Part shown: positions 15,686 to 26,081 of the stretch, in pieces
Numbering within the stretch: position 1 is the first letter of the stretch
Layout of the letters: each line of letters opens with the position of its first letter
Source: a virus
Taxonomy: Duplodnaviria; Caudoviricetes
DNA length: 26,083 nucleotides
Virus record (IMG/VR): IMGVR_UViG_3300020042_004131
Span: 1 to 26,083 of that record
Direction: 5' to 3' (one strand)
Notes under the pieces: generated by a model
What the model was told of the DNA's origin: nothing
The model's database searches: none
The model's input: only the letters and a program-made list of their open reading frames with translations
Position numbers and translations under genes: made by a program

Positions 15686-18600
15686 TTACCTCGTTGGGAA
15701 TGGTGCTGTTGGCGCTGTAATAGTGCGGGCAACGCCTTTGGTAATACGTAGGTCTTGGATGTAGCCGTTAAAAAATTGAGACGGCGTGTCGCTTTCAGCC
15801 CCAACTGTAAAAACGTTAGTTGCGTCAAAAAGCCCTGACGCATTTGTTGTAGTAGCCCTTGACACCCCATCTACATAAAGGGTAAACGTGCTCCCGTTTC
15901 TTACAATAGCTATATATTGCCAAACATTTAACGATATTGTAAATGACGTTGTAGATGTAGATAAGTCAAATAAAACGGATGAACCGTTTGAAGATGTTAT
16001 AAAACGCAAATACCCCGTAGACCCTGCCGAAAACATTAGCGCCCAACAAAGGGTTGTGCTTCCGGTACTTCCTGACCACTGCCCTGCAATCATCGCCTCA
16101 TTAGCGACTGAAGTCGGATAAATCCAACATTCAACAGTAAAATTGCCCGTGCCAAACGCAAAAGCTGGGCTATCCGGAATGCTCAAATAATCCCCGGTCC
16201 CGTCAAACGCCATACTAGTTGGCGACCACTTAGACTGAGCGGTGCTGACCTGAGCATTGCCAACAGTAATCGCGTTGTTCTGCGCGGCGGCGTCGTAGAT
16301 TCCTGCGTTGGTCATGTTGAGCAGGAGACTGGCTGGCGTTAGGAAGGTCGTGTTGACGTTGGTGGTGCTTGAGTAGCTTGCTGCGCTGGCCGGTCCTGTC
16401 GTGGCTAACGGTGCAAGCGTGGGTGGGGTGAATGCTCCGGTGTAGACTGCGGTTCCAACAGCACGAATTTGGCTCATGTAACCAGTAAAATAACTGCTTG
16501 CTCCATTAAAACCGATATTCCCGCCGCCAGTTAAAATGTATGAGTTAGAGTTTGACGCAGAATTTGTCAAGGCTCCGTTTATAAAGAATCTTATTGTCCC
16601 GCTACTTCTGCTAACTGCCAAATGAGTCCATGTATTTAAAACAATGTCAGTCAAAGAAGAAAAATCAAAGGCGACGTTGTTTCTTCCAAATGCCCATTTG
16701 CCCGGAAATGCTGAGGCTGAATATGCAAACAATATATTTGAAGTCGCACCCCCAATAGGCCCAGCCCCATCACCCGGAGTTGCAGTTGGGTAGACCCACG
16801 CCTCAACGGTAAAATCTCCAGTTCCAAAATTCATTGCAGAATTTGCTGGAAATGATAAATAACTTGGACTTCCCCCAAAATACCCGCTCCCACCATACAG
16901 CGCAGTGGTGTACGATGCCGTTGGGGAGAACGGCTGGAATGCTTGGACGCGGGGAGTGCCGTTTGCTGTGATTGTTGCCGGAGTTACTTGAGCAGACCTA
17001 TCAAGGAATCGATTGCTCTGACAAGTGAGTATTGCTGTCTGGGTTCCAGTGATTGCTTGAATCGTACCGCCATTGCCTGATTGTGTGGCGGCTAATGGGG
17101 CTGTTGGTGGTGTAAATGCGCCTGTATAAACTGCTACACCTTTGACGACGCGGAAATTACTTAAATAACCGGGAAGCACATAAAGAGAACTATTGTTTGT
17201 TGTTGCAATGTTAAATGTGGTGGCTGTGCCGGAATAGTTATTTGAATCCGTTGGAGTTCCCGCAGCTACTCCGTTTATATAATAAGTAAAACCACCGGCA
17301 GACGTGCTTGATCTTACAATAGCAAAATGAGTCCACGCATTTAATGGAATTGCAATTGTTGAGGATGTTAAATCTCCAACACCGGGGACGCTAACAACAA
17401 CAAATCCAGATGAATTTATAAATGCTTGAAACCCAGCCCCAGAAAAAATTCCTCCGCAAATAAACGAATATGTGGGCCTAGAAGTGTGATATACCCACCC
17501 TTCTATCGTGTATGCACTAGAACCAAACTGCAAAACGGTCGTAGCATTAGTAGAATTTAGCCAATCCGTACTACCATTAAAGAAATTACTCCACTGCCCA
17601 TTCGGCCAATACGGAGTAATTGAACCCTGCGTCGGTGTTCCGTTGCGGGTGATGGGGAAGGCGTAGTTGCTGCTGTCAATAAAGGTGTTGTTCTGTACGC
17701 CGTTCGTCGCGCTGGTGTAGTTGCTGTCTGCAAGGTTGAGCAGCAGGGATGTATTGGCTTCAGGTATGCTGGTGTTGACGTTGAGAGTGCTTGGATAAGT
17801 CCCGCCAGTCCGGGTCAGTGGTCCGCTAGGTGGGGTGAATGCGCCTGTGTAGACGGCGGTTCCTTTGACAATGCGGAAGTTGCCGATGTATCCGCTAGTT
17901 GGCTCGGCAGTGCTGTCGTTTGCTGTTCCAACATTTATAAATGAAGGCGTCCCCGAAATGTCTGATGAGATTTGAAATGTTCCAGCTGGGACGCCGTTAA
18001 TATAATATGCCGACCCGTTTGAGGATGTGTTTGTTCTAACTACTGCAAAATGAGTCCAGGCATTTTCCGTAACTGTAATTGTAGAAAATGGCAAATTCCC
18101 AATTCCCGTAACACCGCCATAAATAAAAAACCCCGGCGAGTCCATAACTAATTGGAACCCAGGGCCAGAAAACGACCCGCCGTAAATATACTGCCGCAAT
18201 GCTTTAGGGGTTCGATATATCCAGCCCTCAACAGTAAATGGAGCAGTACCAAATTGAAAAGCGGTAGTAGCAGTTGTGGACTTTAAAAACTGATTTGAAC
18301 CATTCAACAGAACAGCACCCGGACTCGCGGCTGGTGCGGTAAATCCACTAGGGTAGAAGTATGGGGTTATTTGTGGGGTGCCGTTTACTGTGAGCGTGAA
18401 TGGCTGGCCACTATTTGCCGTGCCATTATCTTTAAATCGGTTGCTTTGGCAGGTCAGCAGAGAGGTCTGCGTCCCAGTGATAGCCGCAGAGGGGTTTCCG
18501 TTTACGTTTGCGCTTTGAGTGGCTGTTAATGGTGTGGTTGAAGGGGTAAATCCCGTGGTATATACCGCTACGCCTTTGACCATCCTAAAATTGGACAAGT

Positions 18601-19231
18601 ACCCTTTCAGATAGTCGTTTGCTCCACCAACGGTTCTTGCACCCAATATCAGCGGAGCGGATGCTACACCAGCAGAATCGGTCGTTGATAGGCTATAGCT
18701 AACGCCGTTTACATACCCGGTATGAACCCCAGAAGCACGAACAATTGCAACGTGATACCAAGTATTTGCAGAAAGCGTTGTTGGACCAAAATTGACAAAG
18801 CTAACGCCGTTCCACAAATACTGGAATCTAGATGTATTTTGTAAAGTTATTAATGGAGATTGTGACGGTTGCGCGGTCCTTGCATCAAAAACAATTTGGT
18901 ATCCAGTGACATCTGTAAAATAAACCCAAGTCTCAATTGTAAAATCTGAACTGCCTACTCCAAATGCTGCATTGCTAGCAACACTCAAATAAGCGTTAGT
19001 ACCATTAAACTGATTCCCCCAATACCCATCAGTCTGGTACGGAGAGACCCACCCAGTGCTTGGGTTGCTGATTCGGGTAACTGTTTTAGGGCTGGCGCTT
19101 GAGTCGGTTACCGTCGTATTCAGAGATGACGCCGAGCCAGTCTCTAAGAGAAGCGGGACATAGCCGAAAGATGCGTCGGTTGGGGTTGGGGCCGCCCCTG
19201 CCGCTCGTCCTGATTTAGATGCAGCAAACAT
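15686..19231 (-). CDS. Adhesin / receptor-binding protein with five ConA-like lectin/glucanase (LamG-like) domains, 1181 aa
   Basis: Five copies of F.G...YL..FT(I/V)E.W(I/V)Y..N.W.H.A(I/V)VR..(Y/F)(I/V)NG..GY...R..KG.A.Y; DFTIETWVY, PFTVEGWIY, AYTIEGWVY, DFTVEAWVY, NFTVECWIY. Confidence 0.88.
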   Translation of the reverse strand: MFAASKSGRAAGAAPTPTDASFGYVPLLLETGSASSLNTTVTDSSASPKTVTRISNPSTGWVSPYQTDGYWGNQFNGTNAYLSVASNAAFGVGSSDFTIETWVYFTDVTGYQIVFDARTAQPSQSPLITLQNTSRFQYLWNGVSFVNFGPTTLSANTWYHVAIVRASGVHTGYVNGVSYSLSTTDSAGVASAPLILGARTVGGANDYLKGYLSNFRMVKGVAVYTTGFTPSTTPLTATQSANVNGNPSAAITGTQTSLLTCQSNRFKDNGTANSGQPFTLTVNGTPQITPYFYPSGFTAPAASPGAVLLNGSNQFLKSTTATTAFQFGTAPFTVEGWIYRTPKALRQYIYGGSFSGPGFQLVMDSPGFFIYGGVTGIGNLPFSTITVTENAWTHFAVVRTNTSSNGSAYYINGVPAGTFQISSDISGTPSFINVGTANDSTAEPTSGYIGNFRIVKGTAVYTGAFTPPSGPLTRTGGTYPSTLNVNTSIPEANTSLLLNLADSNYTSATNGVQNNTFIDSSNYAFPITRNGTPTQGSITPYWPNGQWSNFFNGSTDWLNSTNATTVLQFGSSAYTIEGWVYHTSRPTYSFICGGIFSGAGFQAFINSSGFVVVSVPGVGDLTSSTIAIPLNAWTHFAIVRSSTSAGGFTYYINGVAAGTPTDSNNYSGTATTFNIATTNNSSLYVLPGYLSNFRVVKGVAVYTGAFTPPTAPLAATQSGNGGTIQAITGTQTAILTCQSNRFLDRSAQVTPATITANGTPRVQAFQPFSPTASYTTALYGGSGYFGGSPSYLSFPANSAMNFGTGDFTVEAWVYPTATPGDGAGPIGGATSNILFAYSASAFPGKWAFGRNNVAFDFSSLTDIVLNTWTHLAVSRSSGTIRFFINGALTNSASNSNSYILTGGGNIGFNGASSYFTGYMSQIRAVGTAVYTGAFTPPTLAPLATTGPASAASYSSTTNVNTTFLTPASLLLNMTNAGIYDAAAQNNAITVGNAQVSTAQSKWSPTSMAFDGTGDYLSIPDSPAFAFGTGNFTVECWIYPTSVANEAMIAGQWSGSTGSTTLCWALMFSAGSTGYLRFITSSNGSSVLFDLSTSTTSFTISLNVWQYIAIVRNGSTFTLYVDGVSRATTTNASGLFDATNVFTVGAESDTPSQFFNGYIQDLRITKGVARTITAPTAPFPTR

Positions 19232-22200
19232 CAGTAGTTCTGTCCAATTGTTGCGCCAAACCAGCTAGTACCGTTACAAAAAAACGAGAAAATGTCGCGC
19301 TTGGTTGCCGCTGAAAGTGAAGGTTGGGTGCCTCCGGGCCATACAACTGTTGACCAGTTAACAGTAAACGACCCGTTTTGAGTAAGAATAATAATGAACG
19401 ACTTGCCAGCCACAGCAGCGGGCATTGTGATTGTCGCGTTGCCCGTCAACGTCAAGTTCTGAACCGTACCAAATGTTAGGTCAATAGTAATTGCGGTTCC
19501 GGTGTTGGCCGAGTTCAGCGTCTCAACGTAGTTGGTAACAGTTGGATTGGTCAGCGCAGGCGCAGTACTGAACACCAGCAAACCAGATCCGGTCTGATCG
19601 GTTACCGCCGCCTCTAAATTAACGCTTGACGGAGTTGCCAAGAACGTCGCAACGCCAGTCCCAAGCCCCGACACGCCTGTTGAAATGGGTAACCCAGTGG
19701 CGTTTGTCAGTGTGCCGCTAGAAGGTGTGCCAAGTGCCCCGCCGCTAACAAGCGCAGTCCCCCATGACAACGTAGCCGTGCCGTTAGTAGACAGAAATTG
19801 CCCAGACGTACCATCAGCACTAGGCAGCGTGTAAGTGGTTGATCCAGCGGCAGCCGCAGGAGCCAATCCGACATAACCCGAGGTTGCACCAGACAGGCGA
19901 AGTGTGCCGCTAACGTCAAGTTTAGATCCAGCCGTTCCTATTCCACCAATTTTTAAGCCAGTGGAATTAAGAATCATTTGTTGATCATTGGCAACGTAAA
20001 ATATAATAGGAGTGTTAGCTCTATTATTAATAGATGCACTAGATGAAGTTTGATAAAAATCAAAACTATTTACTCCTAAAGTTCCTCCCGCTGAAGCGCG
20101 CAACCCAACAAGTGAACTTCCGGTTACATCAAAAGCATTAGCACTGCCACCGCTGAGTTTAAGGTTGGTTCCGTCAAACGTTAAATTGGGAGACGCGCCA
20201 AACGATCCAGAAGCGTTGTACTGGATCTGCGTATTGGAACCAGCGGGAGAACCGCCACTACCACCAGCGTATTGCGGAATGTTAAGCACATTGCTTACAA
20301 ACGTAGCCGCACCGCTTGTGCCCGTTGTTGTCAGCGTAATCGGGGCTTGATAATTTAAAGCTGGAATGTCTGACGAAACAAGCGCCCTAAACGTAGGTAC
20401 GCCCGCAGCCGCATTTGGAGCGGCTAAAACAAATTTTGCCGTCTTGCTGGCATACGGGTTTTGCGTGTCGCCATAGTTTGCAGCAAGACTGATAACAGGA
20501 GTTGAACCGCCGCTAGATACCACAGGCGCGGTGCCGGTAACACTAGAAACACCAGCACCGCCACCACCCGCAGGAACCGCCCAGGTTCCGTCACCACGCC
20601 AAAACGTCGTGCTAGATGCAGATGTGCCGCTGTTAAGGTTTGTAACTGGCAAATTGCCGGTAACATCTGTAGCTAAAGAAACAACACCCCAAACAGGCGT
20701 TGTGCCGCTTGATTTTAGAACTTGATTTGTTGTACCGACAGCTAACCGACCAGACGTATTGGTTCCGGTTCCGACAACTAGGTCGCCAGTCGTCGTGATT
20801 GGCGAGAGCGCATTAAAACCACCCGCCTTAGTGTTTTGCCCCGTACCACCGTTGCCAATTGCAACAAGACCAGTGACGTTTCCAGCGTTTCCACTCGTGT
20901 TCTGATTCAGCGTGGGAATGTCTGCCGCTTGAATAGCAGACATCGACACGTTTGTGCCGTTACCGCGCAAAAACAAACCAGACGTTGTAGCACCAGCCAG
21001 CGCGTTAAGGGCTGCTTGCTGCGAGTTTGCGCCCGTACCGCCTCTTACGATTGGCACTTCCCCAGACGTAATCTGCGAGCCAGCAATTGCAATGTTAGCG
21101 TTTGCCGCTGCCGTCAGTTGACCGCGAGAGTTGACCGAATACGTAGGTACTTGCGAGCCACTACCGTAGTTGCCAGCCGTGACTGCGGTATTTGTAACGC
21201 TAAATTGATTGCTCAACAACGACAAACCGGCGCCGTTGGTATACGCTCCTGCTCCTGCATTTGTTGCAAACTGCGTAAACACCAATCCAGTTGTGCCCAA
21301 CGTAATGGGCGGCAAAGTGGTCAACACCCAAGAGGTGCTTGCTAACGTAGTTCCGGCAAGAATTAAAAAATAATTTCCTGCATTTACTTGATCGTACCCG
21401 TTACCTGCGGTGTTCATGTCAACCGCGCGTGTCAACACAAATGGGGTGGACCCATTACCAACTACAGTTACGTTATAAACACCGTTCTCTAGCGCATACG
21501 CTTGATTTTTAACAAGAATTCGGTTGCCAGCGGCAGGAGTAACCGAGTCAATCGACAGCGCGCCGTTAGCAGTTGCGGTTAGCGTTGCACCAACACCGCT
21601 TGAACCGTTGCTATACGTTACCGCTGGAAGGGCAGCAATTGTTGCCAAATTACAAGACGCATGGAACGTCAAACCAGCAGCAATTGCGTCAACATACGCT
21701 TTGTTGACAATATCGTTTGCGCTAATCGGAGAATTTGTAACTTGACCAGCAGATGCCAACAACGTCGTAAAAGTTCCTGCGGCTGGCGTGGTAGCCCCAA
21801 CAGATGCGCTATTAATTGTCCCGCCAGTAAACGTACCGCCCGTGACTGTTTTGCCCGTAAAAGTCAACGCAGCGGGCAAAGACAGCGTAACTGCTGACGC
21901 TCCGCTGGCCGTAATTTGGTTAGCCGTACCCGAAACGCTTGTGACTGTAGATGTGCCGCCTGACGCAGCAGTTAAACGACCAAAAGCATCAACCGTAATA
22001 CTGGCGTTTGTGTAACTGCCAGGAGCAACCGTAGTTGATGCAAGGCTAATTGTGCCGCTGCTGGTAATCGGGCCGCCAGTTAGACCAGCGCCAGTGTCAA
22101 CCTGAATAACAGAACCAGCGCCACTACCGCCAATACTACTAACCGCAACCTTTTTAGTTACCCCACCCTGGACAATAGGAACGACTTCAGTACCCGCAAG

Positions 22201-22245
22201 CGGGGTAGTAGCCGCTGGTAAACCCGAAATCGTAGTATTTGCCAT
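19231..22245 (-). CDS. Long tail fibre protein, 1004 aa
   Basis: [32 protein letters not shown] anchor, [55 protein letters not shown] modules; C-terminal [15 protein letters not shown] domain. Confidence 0.85.
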   Translation of the reverse strand: MANTTISGLPAATTPLAGTEVVPIVQGGVTKKVAVSSIGGSGAGSVIQVDTGAGLTGGPITSSGTISLASTTVAPGSYTNASITVDAFGRLTAASGGTSTVTSVSGTANQITASGASAVTLSLPAALTFTGKTVTGGTFTGGTINSASVGATTPAAGTFTTLLASAGQVTNSPISANDIVNKAYVDAIAAGLTFHASCNLATIAALPAVTYSNGSSGVGATLTATANGALSIDSVTPAAGNRILVKNQAYALENGVYNVTVVGNGSTPFVLTRAVDMNTAGNGYDQVNAGNYFLILAGTTLASTSWVLTTLPPITLGTTGLVFTQFATNAGAGAYTNGAGLSLLSNQFSVTNTAVTAGNYGSGSQVPTYSVNSRGQLTAAANANIAIAGSQITSGEVPIVRGGTGANSQQAALNALAGATTSGLFLRGNGTNVSMSAIQAADIPTLNQNTSGNAGNVTGLVAIGNGGTGQNTKAGGFNALSPITTTGDLVVGTGTNTSGRLAVGTTNQVLKSSGTTPVWGVVSLATDVTGNLPVTNLNSGTSASSTTFWRGDGTWAVPAGGGGAGVSSVTGTAPVVSSGGSTPVISLAANYGDTQNPYASKTAKFVLAAPNAAAGVPTFRALVSSDIPALNYQAPITLTTTGTSGAATFVSNVLNIPQYAGGSGGSPAGSNTQIQYNASGSFGASPNLTFDGTNLKLSGGSANAFDVTGSSLVGLRASAGGTLGVNSFDFYQTSSSASINNRANTPIIFYVANDQQMILNSTGLKIGGIGTAGSKLDVSGTLRLSGATSGYVGLAPAAAAGSTTYTLPSADGTSGQFLSTNGTATLSWGTALVSGGALGTPSSGTLTNATGLPISTGVSGLGTGVATFLATPSSVNLEAAVTDQTGSGLLVFSTAPALTNPTVTNYVETLNSANTGTAITIDLTFGTVQNLTLTGNATITMPAAVAGKSFIIILTQNGSFTVNWSTVVWPGGTQPSLSAATKRDIFSFFCNGTSWFGATIGQNY

Positions 22246-22248
22246 GCT

Positions 22249-22524
22249 TTACTCGAAAAAAACCGTAGCAGTAACAGTCCCGCTGATCACAACGTACAGG
22301 CCAGAGCTAAAGTACACACCGCCCTCGTCGCCAGTAAATATGTAACTGGTCGCACCAGTTGGCGTAAACACCCCGACGATTGTGTCCGTCGTGGTGGCGG
22401 CGGCGCTGTTGTACACCGTAATCGTTGGCGTTCCACTGGCCGCAGACACAAAGATGCCCTTGAGCTTACCCGCCATCGGCTTGACGTTAGTCGAAGCAGT
22501 TAGATACTTATAAGTCGCAGCCAT
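22249..22524 (-). CDS. Small beta-rich hypothetical protein, possibly structural, 91 aa
   Basis: SD GAGG upstream; GKLKGIFVS..TITVYNS..F.SGLYVVISGTV. Confidence 0.7.
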   Translation of the reverse strand: MAATYKYLTASTNVKPMAGKLKGIFVSAASGTPTITVYNSAAATTTDTIVGVFTPTGATSYIFTGDEGGVYFSSGLYVVISGTVTATVFFE

Positions 22525-22531
22525 AATTACC

Positions 22532-22894
22532 TCACGCCAAAAAGCGTAGTTTGTAGAGGGTTCTCAGATAAATTTCAATGATGTTGTCAATTAACTGCTG
22601 CAAAGACATATCTGTCTTGCCAACAACCTCGTATCGACAGGCTTCAATTTCTTTTAGCTGATCTTCCAAGAACTCTATGATGTTAGTCGTTTTCTTGGTA
22701 GTCATCAACGTGATCGGCCCAATCAGACCGTGCCGACCCTGGTAAGTTTCGGCAAAATCATCTGCCGCTTCAATAATCAGTTCGTAGAACTTCTGCAACG
22801 CCTTGTGCTTGCTGTAACTGCGGGTATTCAGATGCACCGAGTGCGCTACATCACGCCCCAAGAATAACATCCCCATAAAATCGGCGGCTTTCAT
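22532..22894 (-). CDS. Dps/ferritin-like four-helix protein (DUF5856-like), 120 aa
   Basis: HSVHLNTRSYSKHKAL..FY..I...DDFAE.YQG pattern resembling Dps metal ligands; C-terminal LYKLRFL. Confidence 0.75.
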   Translation of the reverse strand: MKAADFMGMLFLGRDVAHSVHLNTRSYSKHKALQKFYELIIEAADDFAETYQGRHGLIGPITLMTTKKTTNIIEFLEDQLKEIEACRYEVVGKTDMSLQQLIDNIIEIYLRTLYKLRFLA

Positions 22895-25053
22895 AGTTGC
22901 ATACCTTCGGGTGTCATATCCATCGCCGCAGGTTCTTCACGCATTTCGGGCATCAGCATACTCTGTGATTCCATAGCCGCAGCCACCACGCCCATCGCAA
23001 TGTCTTGAATCTGTTCTTCGGTCATACCCGACTGAACGGCGCTAATACGTTGCGTCTCAGCTTGGTACGCCTTAATTTGCGCCTCAAAGTCCTTGCGCTC
23101 CATGTCCTGCGCTTCAATTGATTTGCCGACATTTTGAAGCATGTTATGCAACTGATCCAACTCTGCCGCCATCGCTTGCATCTGCTGGTTGGCAGCTTGC
23201 AATTCTGGATTGTCCTCGGCATCACCCATGAGTTTAGGGTCAATCGTCTTGGCAAACCGCTTTGCCATTTCCTGCGCTCCAGGCCAGTCCATGTTCTTAA
23301 CAAACAAGTCGCCAGCGACTGACCAAAGTTGTGGATTACCCTGCAACAGTTGAGCCATCGCCTCAAGTGCCTCTTGGCGCTTGGTGGCGTAGCCCGGACC
23401 AGTCGCAACCACTACGTCGTACTTGCCAACAGACGGGTTGTAGATCTTGTCAATCACAATCCCTTCTTGGTTCTGGATCTTACGTACTGGCTCTTGCTGC
23501 ATCGGGTCAATCTTGACCATTTTCGTCTCGCCATCAATCCCGATAATGCGGGCGATGCGCTGCGTGTCGTAAATCTTGGGAATCATGTCAACCAGTTGCC
23601 TACCAACGTACCGAACCGCCCGTGCTAGGTTGTCTTGGTAGTGGTAAGTACCAACATCACCCTCACGCTGGCGGGCCAAGATAGCCCTGCCGGAACGCTC
23701 GTTAGATGTCATGCCCAACGAAGCGTTGTACTGCCCAGTTGAAGACTTGATGTCTTCCGATGCACCCACTTTGGCCTGCAACAGGCCAGATGAGGCCATT
23801 GGCGGCTGCGCCCGTTGGGGCAGCGGCAATATTGCGCCTTGACCGTCCGTTACATCCGGATTGACCTCCAAATAAGGCCAATTATTCGTGTTTGCGGTCT
23901 TCCACTGGGTCTCGTACCCCTCAAACTGACCGCCATAACCAATAAACGGGGCCTTTGGAGCCAAGGCAAGCATCTCTGCCTCTTGGCTAGTCCAATAGTT
24001 GTACATACGTTGGGCATCTTTGGCGTTACGCACCAGCCCACTGATGTAAATGCGGCCCTCAACCTCGTATTCGTTACCAATCACCCGCACAACAGGGATA
24101 CAACTACCGGCCCATTCCTGTTTTTCAAGGATTTCGTAGCCGTTTATCTTTGTCCAGCAAATCTTCTTGCGATCCGCTTGGCGTGACTTCTTTGGCTTGC
24201 CGTAAACCGCCCGCAACTCTTTGTCTTCCGGCGTTCCTTGGAACGCAGTCACGTTGCCAGGATACAAATTCAACGTCTGCGTGTCATATTCGCAGTAAAA
24301 ATACTCAGCGATACGGATCGTGTCCGTATTTAGCCACTGGCTCAGGTTCTGGTCCCCTACACCCAGCGTCTCAAGCGTAGAGAGTGGCGATGCGTTGGGA
24401 AACAGCCGTGCGTATTCGGCTTTAGACAAGTCTTCCGTTACAAAACACCACTCAGCATCACTGCCGCAGGGGTCCTGAATCAACGGGTCCATGTAGACGC
24501 TAAAGCTATTGCGTACACGGGCGATCTTGATGTCCTGATCAAACGTATCGTCGTCGCAATACTCGGTCAAAATCCGAATGTACCCTTCGCCATACGCAAC
24601 CTGGTTCTCGCAAGCCGTGTCGTAGGCCACATCGGCGTCCGAGATGTATTCAATATGCCGGATCATGCCGTTGAAAATCTCGGCAACCTCAACGTCCGCA
24701 CTATCATCAACTGGGATAACCTTAACGCTCGGCCGGTTCTGGCGCTGATCGTTCGTAATCTGATGTACGTGCTGCGGTAGCTTATTTATAGTCAGGCATG
24801 GCCGCGCATTGATCGTCTGACCCTGCACCGCACCACGGGTTGCCAGCACATCGGCGGGCCACTGCCACTGGTTATCCGGTGAACCAGCATAGAACCGCAG
24901 GTCGTCTAGCTCGTCTTCCCTGCTTTCCGAGTATGCCGAGATTGCCATTGACAGGCGGTCTCGCGCTGTAGACAAAACATCCGAGTCGCTCTTAAGTGGT
25001 TTGCCACCTAGTGCGACGTTGCCAACAGCGTTAATCCCGGTGTAATCAGCCAT
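22891..25053 (-). CDS. Portal protein, P22-like, 720 aa
   Basis: F..G..QW, RPCLTINKL, GLVRNAKDAQRMYNYW, SGRAILARQ, GKYDVVVATGPGYATKRQEA motifs and a C-terminal Gln-rich barrel helix; follows the terminase. Confidence 0.93.
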   Translation of the reverse strand: MADYTGINAVGNVALGGKPLKSDSDVLSTARDRLSMAISAYSESREDELDDLRFYAGSPDNQWQWPADVLATRGAVQGQTINARPCLTINKLPQHVHQITNDQRQNRPSVKVIPVDDSADVEVAEIFNGMIRHIEYISDADVAYDTACENQVAYGEGYIRILTEYCDDDTFDQDIKIARVRNSFSVYMDPLIQDPCGSDAEWCFVTEDLSKAEYARLFPNASPLSTLETLGVGDQNLSQWLNTDTIRIAEYFYCEYDTQTLNLYPGNVTAFQGTPEDKELRAVYGKPKKSRQADRKKICWTKINGYEILEKQEWAGSCIPVVRVIGNEYEVEGRIYISGLVRNAKDAQRMYNYWTSQEAEMLALAPKAPFIGYGGQFEGYETQWKTANTNNWPYLEVNPDVTDGQGAILPLPQRAQPPMASSGLLQAKVGASEDIKSSTGQYNASLGMTSNERSGRAILARQREGDVGTYHYQDNLARAVRYVGRQLVDMIPKIYDTQRIARIIGIDGETKMVKIDPMQQEPVRKIQNQEGIVIDKIYNPSVGKYDVVVATGPGYATKRQEALEAMAQLLQGNPQLWSVAGDLFVKNMDWPGAQEMAKRFAKTIDPKLMGDAEDNPELQAANQQMQAMAAELDQLHNMLQNVGKSIEAQDMERKDFEAQIKAYQAETQRISAVQSGMTEEQIQDIAMGVVAAAMESQSMLMPEMREEPAAMDMTPEGMQL

Positions 25054-25202
25054 TACTTCTTCTTGGCAGTCTTAGCAGACTCTTTGAAGTCTTTAGCGGT
25101 TGGCGCATTTTTGCTGCCAACCTTGTTCATTTTCTCGCCAGAACCAGCAGCGATACGCGCTTGTTTAGCATGAATATTGGCATATAAGCCGGGTTTTTTC
25201 AT
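25053..25202 (-). CDS. Small basic phage protein, 49 aa
   Basis: Below the track cutoff. MKKPGLYANIHAKQARIAAGSGEKMNKVGSKNAPTAKDFKESAKTAKKK*; exactly fills the TerL-portal gap (TAA-ATG, then TAATG overlap). Confidence 0.8.
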   Translation of the reverse strand: MKKPGLYANIHAKQARIAAGSGEKMNKVGSKNAPTAKDFKESAKTAKKK

Positions 25203-26081
25203 TTATGCACCCATCCAAGATCCAGACATTGTAGCCCTGTTGGAGACAATGGTACGCGATTTCTCAACGTACTCCCTATGCGCCACCGGGTAAGCAAAGG
25301 TAACGGCTAACGCATCAGCCGCATCAGGACTAGCCAACCCCCTAGCCTTCATTTCCTTCTTACCTTCCAAGAAGATCGTACCAGCGCTATTGGGCTTTTT
25401 CATCGGCCCAACCAGATCTGCCTTTAGCTGCCGATCTTTAGGGATGCTCGCAGACCGTAACCAGTCCCTCATTGCACCCCACATTTCAGCCCGCTTATTG
25501 CCCCACATCACTGGGTTTTTGGCCTTCCAACCAAAGTTTACCCCTCGCACCTTATACCTTTGTTCAACCAATCGGTCAAGTATTCCATACCCTAGACCAC
25601 CCTCGTCAATGACCGTCAACGCTGGCTTGTACTCCTCAATCGCATCAATGACATTGCCGACCGTGGTCATTGTGTCATCCCCCCTGAACCGCTTAATCGC
25701 AACAATGTCACGGCCCTGCCTAACCACAATTACCGTTGAATCTAATCCCCCGCGAGCCGGGTCAACCCCAATGACAATTTACGCAGTCGTGTCTTTATAC
25801 TTTTTCCTTTCCATCGCATCGTCCACAACCCTGGGGCCAATAAACTGATCATCCCCACTTGCTGGGAATTCCCCATATACCTCGACCCGCGCTTGTGGAG
25901 AATCTTCACCGTACTCGGCAATAATCTGCTCATACGTATTCTTGTCCGTCCCCTCAACCTCCCTGGCATCAATTTGCCGGCCCTTCCAAAAATCCCGTTT
26001 GCCATGAAATGTCTCAAAGAAATACCCACTATTCCTCCTCGGATTACTAAACGCAAACCAATACCGATCTAGGATGTTCTC
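25203..26081 (-). CDS. terL: Terminase large subunit (5'-truncated by the window edge), interrupted by an in-frame TAA at 25779-25781
   Basis: One frame reads ENILDRYWFAFSNPRRNSGYFFETF...ARVEVYGEFP...KYKDTTA*IVIGVDPARGGLDSTVIVVRQG...IDEGGLG...SPDAADALAVTFA: ATPase coupling motif (SNP) plus RNase H-like nuclease motifs. Confidence 0.9.

Noticed and set aside
12566-22245. Diversity-generating retroelement or invertible shufflon acting on fibre genes
   Set aside because: No reverse transcriptase or invertase, no adenine-specific TR/VR pair and no inverted cassettes seen in the window.
5850-25848. Remaining short plus-strand and nested alternate-frame ORFs (e.g. 10312..10938, 20836..21345, 23022..23408, 25390..25848)
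   Set aside because: Overlap well-supported minus-strand genes almost entirely and show no recognisable motifs.
25742-26056. 104-aa minus-strand ORF in the track (MRLVIRGG...)
   Set aside because: Wrong frame; the overlapping frame carries clear terminase motifs.
25203-26081. Alternative genetic code or intron/intein explaining the TerL stop
   Set aside because: TAA, TGA and TAG all end genes at tight junctions here, and there is no inserted sequence at the stop.
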